Positions 29,672 through 39,623 of a DNA stretch of 44,977 nt are shown here, piece by piece. The position numbers and the translations under genes are program-made. Source of the stretch: an uncultured delta proteobacterium. Lineage in GTDB: Bacteria > Desulfobacterota > RBG-13-43-22. A model generated the notes under the pieces. That model worked only from the letters and a program-made list of their open reading frames with translations. It had not been told where the DNA came from and searched no databases. How positions within the stretch are numbered: position 1 is the stretch's first letter; each line of letters opens with the position of its first letter. Location of the stretch: the NCBI GenBank assembly GCA_963743305.1, contig CAVUPH010000001.1, positions 1 to 44,977 of the forward strand. The letters are read 5' to 3'.

Positions 29672-30046
29672 CCGTTCGCCCTGAGCTGCGAGCCTGTCGA
29701 GCAGTCGAAGAGTGAACGATACGTTCATGCTTCGACAAGCTCAGCATGAACGGAGATATCAGCGGTATTGTACAGCTTATTTCTTGACCGGTTCTAACCC
29801 TGCTGACGTCACCCTGATCCCTTCCCTACTTCACCCTGAGCCATTCGCCTTCCTGTCATCCTGAGTCCTTCCCCTTATGTCATCCTGAGCAACGTCGAAG
29901 GATCGGCTCAGGGTAAACTCCGCGAAGGATCTGATCAGGCCAAGCTCCTCTTAACAGCGAGATCCTTCGCTCCCTCCGGTCGCTCAGGATGACAATCCGA
30001 GAAAAACCGATCAGCAGGCAGGCTGAGGAAGCTCGCTCAGCATGAC
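29672..30046. repeat. cluster of nested REP-like palindromes (CCGTTCGCCCTGAG and GTCATCCTGAG families)
   Basis: CCGTTC..GAACGG (29672-29753); repeated TCAYCCTGAG left ends with CTCAGGATGACA right end (29808-29994). Confidence 0.75.
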
Positions 30047-30063
30047 AACTGAAAGCGAACTTT

Positions 30064-30451
30064 TTATTTGTTTGGGGCCCCCTTGACTGCAGGATAGGGC
30101 GCCCCTCTTTTCCCCGAATAGGGTTTCCCGTCGATTTTTTCAATGAACAGGGCATCCGCCCCCATGGGCAAACGCCCCTGGATGGAAACGGTCCGGCCGC
30201 TATTCGACAGAGGCTCCAATACCTTGGCGTCCGCATTCATGATCAGAAGCTGAGTCCTTGACCTCCGGGCTCGCCAGGAAAAATTGCCCGCCCAGGTGCT
30301 TGATCTTTCCTTTGGCCGTAATTGCAGGGCCCTCCTTTTGGGCGCCCCCCGAACCTCCGACCGGGTAAGGCTCCCGGGCGGCGCCGCTGCCGGCTAAAAC
30401 CAAAAGAAACATCAAAGACAAGAAAAAACTCATCATCTTTTTGCTTTGCAT
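30064..30451 (-). CDS. small exported protein (one frameshift)
   Basis: Signal peptide; ITAKGKIK, continuing in another frame as LLIMNADAKVLEPL..TVSIQGRL..LFIEKIDGKPY..NK*. Confidence 0.6.
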
Positions 30452-30460
30452 TTTTTCCTC

Positions 30461-33400
30461 CTAAGATTCGGGTCCGGGCAGGACCTGTTTTTTTAATTCA
30501 AAATTCCACTTCCAGATCTGGTAAATGGCCGGGTAGACCAGCAGCTCCAGCAAAAATGACGTTAAGATCCCTCCCACCATCGGGGCGGCGATCCGCTTCA
30601 TCACGTCGGCCCCGGTCCCGACGGACCACATGATCGGTATCAGGCCGAAAAACATGGTGGCCGTGGTCATGAACTTGGGACGCAGCCGTTTCACCGCCCC
30701 ATAGCGGATGGCCTCCTGCAGGTCGGCCAGGCTCCGCAAACGCCCCTCCTTTTTGGCTTCTTCGTAGGCCAGGTCGAGATAGAGGAGCATGAAGACGCCG
30801 GTTTCGGCATCCACACCCAAAAGGGCGATCAACCCCACCCAGACGCCGATACTCAGATTATAGCCGAGCAGGTAAAGGAACCAGAAGGCCCCGATGGCCG
30901 AGAACGGCACGGCCAGGATGATGATCAGGGTCTTGGTCAGGGACCGGGTGTTGAGATACAGTAGAAACAGAATCAAAATCAGGGTCAAGGGTACGACCCA
31001 GATCAGCTTTTCCTTGACCCGCTGCATGGCCTCGTACTGGCCGCTCCAGGAGATGGCGTAGCCCGGGGGCAGCTTCACCTTTTCTCTGAGCAGCCGTCCG
31101 GCCTCGGTGATGTAACTTTCCTGGTCCCGGCCGGCGATATCCAGATAGACATAACCGGCCAGCAGGCCGTCTTCGTCGCGGATCATGGAAGGCCCTTCGG
31201 TTATGCCGATGCGGGCCAACTGGGAGACCGGGATCTGTTTCTGTCCCCCGGCCACCGGGACCAGCACCCTTCCCAACGCCCCCAGATCGCTTCGAAAATC
31301 ACGCTGATAGCGGACGTTGACGGTATACCGTTCCCGGCCTTCCACCGTGGTGGTCACGTTTTCCCCGCCGATGGCCTGCTGAACCACCGCCTGCGCCTCT
31401 TCCACGCTCAAATTGTACCGGGACAGGGCCTCCCGGTCCCATTCGAAATCCAGAAAATAACCGCTGCCGGTGCGCTCGGCAAAGACGCTGCGGGTCCCTT
31501 TGACCGGGGTCAGGACCGACTCGACCCGGGCCCCGATCTCTTCGATGGTATCCAGGTCCGAACCGGAGATCTTGAGCCCCAAGGGGGTTTTCAAGCCGGT
31601 GCTCAGCATCTCGATCCGGCCTTTGATCGGCATGGTCCAGGAGTTGGCCAGGCCGGAAATCTTCAGGGCGTCGTTCATCTGGTCGATCAGGTCGTCCTGG
31701 GAAATATGGTCCGGGGTCAGACGCCGGAACACGGCCTTGGCCCAATCGGGGGCCCAGCCCGAATACCAGGTATCCTTTTTCCGCCACTGGGACTTGGGTT
31801 TGAGGGTGATCACCGTCTCCAGCATGGAGAGCGGCGCCGGGTCCGTGGAGGTCTCGGCCCGACCGGCCTTGCCCAGACACGCGGTCCACCTCCGGGAACC
31901 GGCGGATGATCCGGTCCGTGACCTGGAGCAGCTTCTGGGCCTCGGTGATCGAGATCCCCGGCATGGTGGTGGGCATATAGAGGATGGAGCCCTCTTCCAG
32001 GGGCGGCATGAACTCCGAGCCCAGTTTGAGATAGACAGGTACCGTGGCCAGGACCAGGACCAGGGCGGCGGCGATCACCCACCATTTCCTTCGCAGGGTC
32101 CAGACGGCCACCGGCTCGTAGACCCGGATCAAGGCCCGGCTGATGGGGTGCCGCTCTTCGGAGTGGATGGAGCCCACGCAGACGTTATTGACCAGCTTGC
32201 ATAAAGCCGAGGGGCCGGAAATTGAAGTCCTTCAGCCGGATGAAGAACAGCCGCAGGGCCGGATCCAGGGTGATGGCCAGGATCGCGGCGATGATCATGG
32301 CCAAGGTCTTGGTATAGGCCAGAGGTTTGAACAGCCGGCCTTCCTGGGCCTCCAGGGTCAGCACCGGCAGGAAGGAAACGGCTATCACCAGCAGGGCAAA
32401 AAAACTGGGGCCGGCCACTTGTTTGACCGCCTGGATGATAATCTCCCGGTAATCCCCCTGCCGGCCGTCCCGATCCCATTGCTCCAGTCTTTTGTGCGTC
32501 TGTTCGACCACCACGATGGCCGCGTCCACCAGGGCGCCGATGGCAATGGCGATCCCCCCCAGGGACATGATATTGGCGCTGATCCCCAGGAGACGAAAGG
32601 GGATGAAGGACAAAAGAATGGCCACGGGAATCGTGATCAGGGGGATCAGGGCGCTGGGGATATGCCAGAGAAAGAGGAGGATCACCAGGGACACGGTGAC
32701 CATCACCTCGATCAGAGTGGACTTCAGGTTGTCTATGGCCCGGAGGATCAGATCGGAACGGTCATAGACCGGGACGATCTTGACTCCGGCAGGCAGACCG
32801 GGCTCGATCTCCTTGATTTTGGCCTTCACCCGATTGATGACGTCCAGGGCGTTCTGCCCCTGGCGCATGACCACGATCCCGGAGACCGCCTCCCCTTCCC
32901 CGTCCAGGTCGGCGATTCCCCGTCGGATGTCCGGCCCCAGGGACACCTTCCCGATGTCCTTGATCCGGATCGGAGTGCCGTTTTCACTGGCGGAGAGCAC
33001 GATCTCTTCGAAGTCCTTCAGGGACTTGGCATAGCCCCGGCCGCGGATGGTGTACTCCGTCCCGCCGAACTCGATCAGCCGCCCCCCCACTTCTACGTTT
33101 CCCTGGCGGACCGCTTCCACCACCCGGTTGATGGAGATCCCGTAGGCCTGAAGCCGGTTGGGGTCCACGTTCACCTGGTACTGTTTCTGGAACCCGCCCA
33201 CCGGGGCCACCTCGGCCACGCCCGGCACCGATTTGAGATAGTAGCGCAGGTACCAGTCCTGAAAGGAACGCAAATCGGCCAGACTCCGCTTTCCGGACTT
33301 GTCCACCAGGACATACTGGTAGATCCAGCCCAGACCGGTGGCGTCCGGACCCAATTCGGTCTTGACCCCTGAAGGAAGGTTGGAGAGGACGCCCGAAAGG

Positions 33401-33735
33401 TATTCCAGGGTCCTGGACCTGGCCCAGTAGATGTCCGTGCCGTCTTCGAAGATCACATAGACATAGGAGTAGCCGAAGTCGGAAAAGCCACGGACCGCCT
33501 TGACCTTGGGGGCGCCCAGCATGGCCGTGACAATGGGATAGGTCACCTGGTCTTCCATGATGTCCGGGCTGCGGTCCCAGCGGGAGAAAATGATCACCTG
33601 GGTGTCGCTCAGGTCCGGAATGGCGTCCAGGGCCATATGCTTCATGGACCACCAGCCCGCCAGGCAGGCGGCGGCTACCAAGATAAAAACAATGAACTTA
33701 TTGTTAACGGAAAAATCGATGATGCGGTTGATCAT
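30461..33735 (-). CDS. cusA: CusA/CzcA heavy-metal RND permease (two frameshifts)
   Basis: [70 protein letters not shown]. Confidence 0.92.
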
Positions 33736-33764
33736 GAGTCTGGGACCTTCCTATTGACTCCGGC

Positions 33765-34100
33765 TTAAACGGCAGTGATGAGTTTACAACCGATGGTACA
33801 GGCGCTGATCAAAACATCCTTTTCCAATAGTCCGATTCTACGGATCAAACGCTTCTTATCCAAACTCCGGATTTGATCCAGCATGATCTTGGAATCCCGG
33901 TTCAGACCAGCCGTCCCGGAAGGAAGAAATACTTCAAACGGGTAAACCTTGCCCACTTTCGAGGTGATCGGGGCGATGATCAGTCTCGGCGCATGGTTGT
34001 TCATGGCGTTAATTGAAAGGATTAGACCGGGCCTGGTCAATCCCGTTTCGGAACGGGAGGCAGGGCCAAGGTTGATGAGCCAGATTTCTCCCTGATTCAC
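33765..34100 (-). CDS. mazF: MazF/PemK-family toxin
   Basis: [34 protein letters not shown]. Confidence 0.9.
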   Translation of the reverse strand: MNQGEIWLINLGPASRSETGLTRPGLILSINAMNNHAPRLIIAPITSKVGKVYPFEVFLPSGTAGLNRDSKIMLDQIRSLDKKRLIRRIGLLEKDVLISACTIGCKLITAV

Positions 34101-34102
34101 CT

Positions 34103-34351
34103 CTACCCCTCCCAGCCTTCCTCATCCAACGATTCCCAGTCCCGAAGGTCTTTGAGGCGCTCTTCATCCTGAGCCATTTCCCTAAAAGCGGCTACGAACC
34201 TTTGCTCTTCCTGTCGGCGCTCCCTTTGGGCGATTTCCTGCTCCAACAAGCTGTTGATAATCCTACTTTTCTCCCGTTTGGGCACCATCCGAGTAAACTT
34301 TCCCCAAAGCTCCTGATCCAACGTCAAATTAACTCTGACCTGATCCATCAA
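34103..34351 (-). CDS. antitoxin of the MazF module (RHH-like)
   Basis: VRVNLTLD..KSRIINSLL; acidic C-terminus; lies immediately upstream of the toxin. Confidence 0.8.
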   Translation of the reverse strand: MMDQVRVNLTLDQELWGKFTRMVPKREKSRIINSLLEQEIAQRERRQEEQRFVAAFREMAQDEERLKDLRDWESLDEEGWEG

Positions 34352-34378
34352 AAACTCCCCTACGTCATTTTATGACAC

Positions 34379-34407
34379 ATAATAATCCGTATAACTATGC
34401 GTGTCAA
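34379..34407 (-). promoter_or_regulatory. sigma70-type promoter of the mazEF-type module
   Basis: Minus-strand TTGACA (34407-34402), 17 bp spacer, TATTAT (34384-34379). Confidence 0.7.
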
Positions 34408-34527
34408 TATGTCCTTGGAGAGTCATCTACATCCGGCAAAGCCGGAATCTTGAAATTTACCGACCCCTCAAAGGAGCCTGACCGGATACTCACGCTCTAT
34501 GGGACTGAACCTTTGGGAGAGGAATTT

Positions 34528-35959
34528 CTAAGGCTTCTTCAGATAAACTCCCGGTTCCTGCTCGAAACGAGCCCGGTTCTCGGCGGAGGCAAAATAGTAG
34601 ACCTTTTGCTGATAGGTACTTTTAAGCCCGGCCTTCTCCGCCTTCCGAATGGAAATATCCATCCCGGAAACCGGGTCTTTGGCCAGGGTCCCGCTGATCC
34701 CGGATGCGGCCATCTCCATCCGGCTTTCGGAGTCGATTAAAAAGGTCCCCGAAGTAACGATCCTTTCCCCGGGAGAGAGCCCCTTGGTGATTTCGATCCG
34801 GTTCCCCAGACGCCAGCCGGTCTCTACCACTCGGGGTTCGAATTGCCCCTGGCCTCGATCGACGAAGACGGTCTTCTTCAGCCCGCTGTCGAGAACGGCG
34901 TCGGCCGGGATGGCAATAGCGGGCGGCAGTTTAATAGGGAGTTCCACGTCCACAAACATGTCAGGCCTCAGGAGCAATCCGGGGTTATCCGCCTCAAGCC
35001 GGACTTGTAGGGTCCGACTGGCCGGGTTGAACCGGGGAGGTACCCGGGCCACGCGGGCCGAGTAGGTTTTACGAAGGTTCGGAGACGCTACTCGTACCAG
35101 AAGACCGGGTTTAAAATAGGAGGCTTCCGTCTCGAAGGTGTCCACCACGATCCAGACCTTCGAGAGGTCGGCAATCCGGTAAAGCTCGGTCCCCCTCTGG
35201 AATCGCTCGCCGAGGGTCAGGTTCCGTATCAGGATGAAGCCCGCCTCAGGCGCCCGGATCTCGACCTGGTCTCCCCCCTTCCGGGTGCGCATGATCTCAT
35301 CGAGCTGGTGATCCGTCATCCCCAGGTTGCGCAGTCCGTTCCGGTAGTTGTCGATGTTGGCGTCAGTTGATTCGAGCTGCTCTTTCGTTTCCGTACCGCT
35401 CTTCTGGAAACGGTCGAACGATCGCAGACCATAAAGAAAGGCCTTCATGGCCGAGAAGAATTCCGGCGCATAGAAGGTGGCCAGCAGGTCGTCCTTCTTG
35501 GACCAGGCTGCCGGTGGTGACGGGAAGGATCTTCTTGACCCATCCGTCGGTGGCGGCATTGATCCGGTAGATGCGGGTCTCGTCAGGGGCGACCCTCCCC
35601 AGTACACGGATGGTGTGGCTCCAGGGGGCTTTCTCCGACCGTCGCCACCTTCACACCGATGAGCTGCTGCTTTTCAGGACTTACGTTCACCGTGCCCGGA
35701 GGCATGGAGGAAGTGTTGCTCCGAAGCGCCTGCCGCGGCTCCTCGTCGGCGTAGACAGGCTCCATTTTCATGCCGCACGGCGCTATGCCGGGCTTATCGG
35801 AGGTGTACGCCGGATTCATCGGATGAACATAACCGAGGACCTGAGTCCGTGGATGCAGAGACCGTTGGACAGTTCTGCGATGGCTGTACCAGGAACCCGC
35901 AAGAAATGAACCGATCACGAACGAACGAGAAGAAAGATCAGGTATACATATCTTTTCAT
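34528..35959 (-). CDS. cusB: CusB-like RND periplasmic adaptor with YHS-like C-terminus (5' part frameshifted)
   Basis: YVHPMNPAYTSDKPGIAPCGM, ELYRIADLSKVW, LRPDMFVDVE, FLIDSES, KDPVSGM. Confidence 0.85.
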
Positions 35960-36043
35960 GGCAGCTGATGAGTCCTCGCGCCATGAAGCATACTATAAGA
36001 ATCCGTTCCTGCTAGCAAATCGAAAGCTCATGCAAAGCTAACC

Positions 36044-36492
36044 CTATTTTGTTTTCCTTTCCTCTTCGCCTCCCCTCGCTGCCTCCACCGCGTCCCTGCA
36101 CGGCATGGATAGTTCACTCGCATGCTCCTTGAGGCACGTCGCGATCCCGGCTCCTCCCGGCTTGAGGTCGTTGCAGAATTTGGCGACGTCGTCTCTACAG
36201 GCCTGCCGGACCCTCATCTGTTGCCTTACCGCTTCTCTCGACTCTGCCCTGGGTCTTTCCATCTTCGCTTCATAATCTTTGCAAGCGTCGGATAGTTGGG
36301 ATTCATGCTCGCTCCAGACACTCCATGATGGCCCGCTGACCGGGCTTCGACGTCTTTGCAGAACTTCGCGATATCCTCGGAGCACGGGTTCTGATCGGCC
36401 GCGGACACTTCGGCCCCGAACATCAGGCCTGCGACGAAAAAGGCTCCTACAACAATTATACAGCTAAAGCTATTGTTTCTTTCGTCTTTCAT
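36044..36492 (-). CDS. exported cysteine-rich repeat protein (frameshifted)
   Basis: Signal peptide; two C.ED..KFC....CL.EH..ELS..C-type repeats. Confidence 0.75.
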
Positions 36493-36672
36493 CTTCTTCT
36501 CTCTTTCCATCCTTATCACAATAGCATCGATTCTCACGGCAGATTTGTTCTTTCGACGGTACCTCATCTTAACACTGAGCTCCCGGCAGTTCTCAGAAGT
36601 GCGTGGCTCCAATTGTCATGTACAGAATTCCAGTAACGGTCAGCCCTGTATCGACAGCGGGGCTCTTACTTT

Positions 36673-36701
36673 GGACCCCGGCGCACAAAGCGCCGGGGTC
36701 C
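36673..36701. terminator. GC-rich hairpin downstream of second multicopper oxidase
   Basis: GGACCCCGGCGC-ACAAA-GCGCCGGGGTCC perfect 12-bp stem; no clear U tract. Confidence 0.5.
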
Positions 36702-36730
36702 TTGGAGCTTTCAACTGCCCTCTGGTCTTC

Positions 36731-39142
36731 ATCCTCTAAGGACGTCACCGACCAGCGTGTGCATCATGTCGTGCTCTTCGTGCTCCAGGATGTGGCAGTG
36801 CCACACGTACTCATAGCCTGCCCGTCCGCGGACTCAGCGGGCGGCTGTCCACTGATGATAGGCAACTGGCCTAATAACGGCTGAAGGGCCGTTTGAAGTG
36901 ACAGGCTTTAGATTCTTGTCAACAATCTTGGCCTGCGATATGTCGAATTTCATGATGACCCGGGTCACCGTGCCGGGATACATGGGCACCGTCTCCTTCC
37001 ACCCAATCTCGTTCTCAGCCGGCGGAATGACGGTCACCGGAAGGAATGTAGGGAAATATGTCCGGGATCAAAGGTCTGCCGGTTGATGAGCTGGACGTTG
37101 ACCAGGTGGAAGTGCATCGGATGGACATCACCCGTGGTGTTGTAGACCTCCCACACTTCCGTCGCACCGGCTTTGACCTTCTCCTCGGTAGACCCCACCG
37201 TGGCAGGCGATGCCGGGGACAGGAGGATAATCTTCATAGTTGGCCGTGCCAAAATAGGGTGTCCCAAAGATGGCATTGGGATTAGCCGGGTCCTCATTGC
37301 CGAGAATCTGGATGAGCCGGCCATACTCATCGTGGTACTCATTCAGGGTCAGTTTGCGAACCGTGCAATTCGGAGCCTGACAGGTTGCATCGGTCGAGCC
37401 CCAAGTTGGAAGCAAACTCGGATCGATGTGCTTCGAGAAGTCGGTCCGTTGATGCCAGCGTGATAGTCCAGCGGATCGTCAGCAGGCCTGTGGCCGCCAC
37501 CACCTTGAACCGCATGAGCACCCGGGTGTTGGGACCGAAGCCGGGCTGCGTAGTCCCGTTGACAGGGTTGCCAACTCCGTCTACCGGAGCCGACGTTCCA
37601 GCCCGGGAAAGTAGTCGTTCCGGTCATCCCCTACCGGGAAGGGGGCTGGCGCGTCATTGTACAGGATGACGCTCTTGTACGTGCCTCGGGTTCATCGGAA
37701 CGTTGCTGAAGTCGACGATCAGGTCGGGCCGTTCCGCCGGCGCCACGATAAGGGACTTGTTAACCAAGGCCGGGTTAAGCGAAGGCCCACCTGCGAGAAA
37801 GTCTGGATCTGTGATAACGAAAGGCACGTTGCTCGGTACTTTCAGCCGGCGTTGACAGGAAACCACCCTCCGTGCCGATCTGCAGCCAGGTCTTGTCTCC
37901 CGTGGCGGCGTTCACGAATGGCTCGTTTGTCGGGACTCCGTTTGCATCCAGAGTAATCCCATCCGGGCTGCCGTCGTCGATGTAGAGCTGCAGGTTGAGG
38001 AAGCGGGCGTTACAGGCATTGAGCATCCGGAGGCGGTAGCGGCGCGCCTGGACCGTGGTCTCCGGGAAAGACCGTGCCGTTCACCAGCATGGTGTCGCCG
38101 AAGAACTCGGGAATGTTGGACGGGTCAGGAAGGGCAAGGGTAGCCGGCGTAACCAACCGGTCCCAACGCGTCGTATCGTAGGTGTGGGCATACCAGAGGC
38201 TGCCGTCTTTCTGCGTAGCAGCCTGCAGATTGAGCTTCGTATACCAGCCGGGGTCATCGGTCTTGGTATTGGGACCAACAAAGATCTTGTCCTGGAAGAC
38301 AAGGGGCAGTTCCTGGACCGTCTTGCCGCCGAGGACACTGGTTTCGATATACGGCGGCAGGCCGTTGTTGGCGACCAGACCCGCTTCAAATTTGTCGCGG
38401 ATCAGCATAGCGGAGGCAATTCCGGCATAGGCGTTGAGCCGGGTGATGCCGACGGCGTGGTCGTGATACCACATGAACCGGGCGCTCTGGTTCAAGGGAT
38501 AATAATACTCGGCGGCGCCGGGAAGATGGAGCGGATTGAGCACCTTGTTGTTCAGGAAGCTCAGACCCGTGGTCCCCGTAGGGGTCAAACCAGTCGAAGG
38601 GGCCTCCGTCGCTGATCCAGGGGATCAGGCCGCCGTGCAGGTGGACGGCTGTCCGGTTGGTCGCCTGATTCGCGCCCGGTATCGTTGTATCGACAGGGAT
38701 GATGTGCTTGTTCACATAAGAGAGCGTTGTGGAAGGTGATCTGGATCGGCACGTTCTTGTCCGTGGGATCGCCGGGGTCCTTGCCTTTCCCTACGATGAT
38801 GCCGCCGAGGTGCTTCTGGGGTTGAAAACCACCGCCAAGAGGGTTCAACGGGTTGTAGCCCCACAGGGTGGTCTTGTTAAAACCAGGCGGCAAGATCTGG
38901 TCCTGGAACTGCGAGATGAGCATTTGGTAATGCGTCACACCCGTTACGGGTGCCGGAAGAGGACCGGGCGCCGCGACAGGGATCTGTCCGGGGCCGACAC
39001 CGCGCAACGCGGTCTTGAAGAGCGGGATCTGCGGGCTTTGATTAAAGGCGAGCGCGCTGGGAACGACGACCTGCAAGAGCAGGAACATTCCAATCCCGGC
39101 AGCTATCCCGCCTTTTAATAGTTGTCTCCAAATAATATTCAT
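36731..39142 (-). pseudogene. multicopper oxidase paralogue, heavily frameshifted
   Basis: HLHGG, WYHDH, HPMHFHL, WHCHILEHEEHDMMH distributed over about ten ORF fragments collinear with 39624..41888. Confidence 0.85.
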
Positions 39143-39486
39143 GTTTTCTCCTTCTTCCTAAATTGTTAACAACTTTGGAGTCTTTCAAACCGGACCATCA
39201 GGTTCTTCCCCGATACCTCCTCTCTAGGCCCATTGACCAGTAAAATTTTATGGTTTTTCATACAATCCACCCAAATATTGCTGTAAGGTTTATCATTCAA
39301 TTGGCAAATGATAAATAACGGTAAACCCCCATTTTTAAATCGCAGAGTATGTATTTATTTAGCTCCATTCAAAATCGTTATTTCTGCTTTTGCTTGATTC
39401 GAATTTCGATGAGGACATAGCCTGGTCGAATCAGGGGTGAGCTAAGGTTCAGAGAGCGGAGGAGGTTTTTCCTAAAAGCAAGTAAC

Positions 39487-39513
39487 AAAAAGAAACCCGG
39501 CGTCACGCCGGGC
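39487..39513 (-). terminator. probable terminator after intact multicopper oxidase
   Basis: CCCGGCG-TCA-CGCCGGG stem followed by TTTCTTTTT on the minus strand. Confidence 0.6.
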
Positions 39514-39623
39514 TCTTATTTGAGATTAGTCGCCAAGTTAGGGAAGCTAAGGACTATTTCACCAGACGTCTTTTTGCCTTTGAATACTCGTCCGGAGATA
39601 GGGGTTCAAAACGAAATAACAGA

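Noticed and set aside
32143-33372. Long plus-strand ORFs opposite cusA and the oxidase (also 40206..41561)
   Set aside because: Shadow ORFs typical of GC-rich coding sequence; no recognisable motifs.
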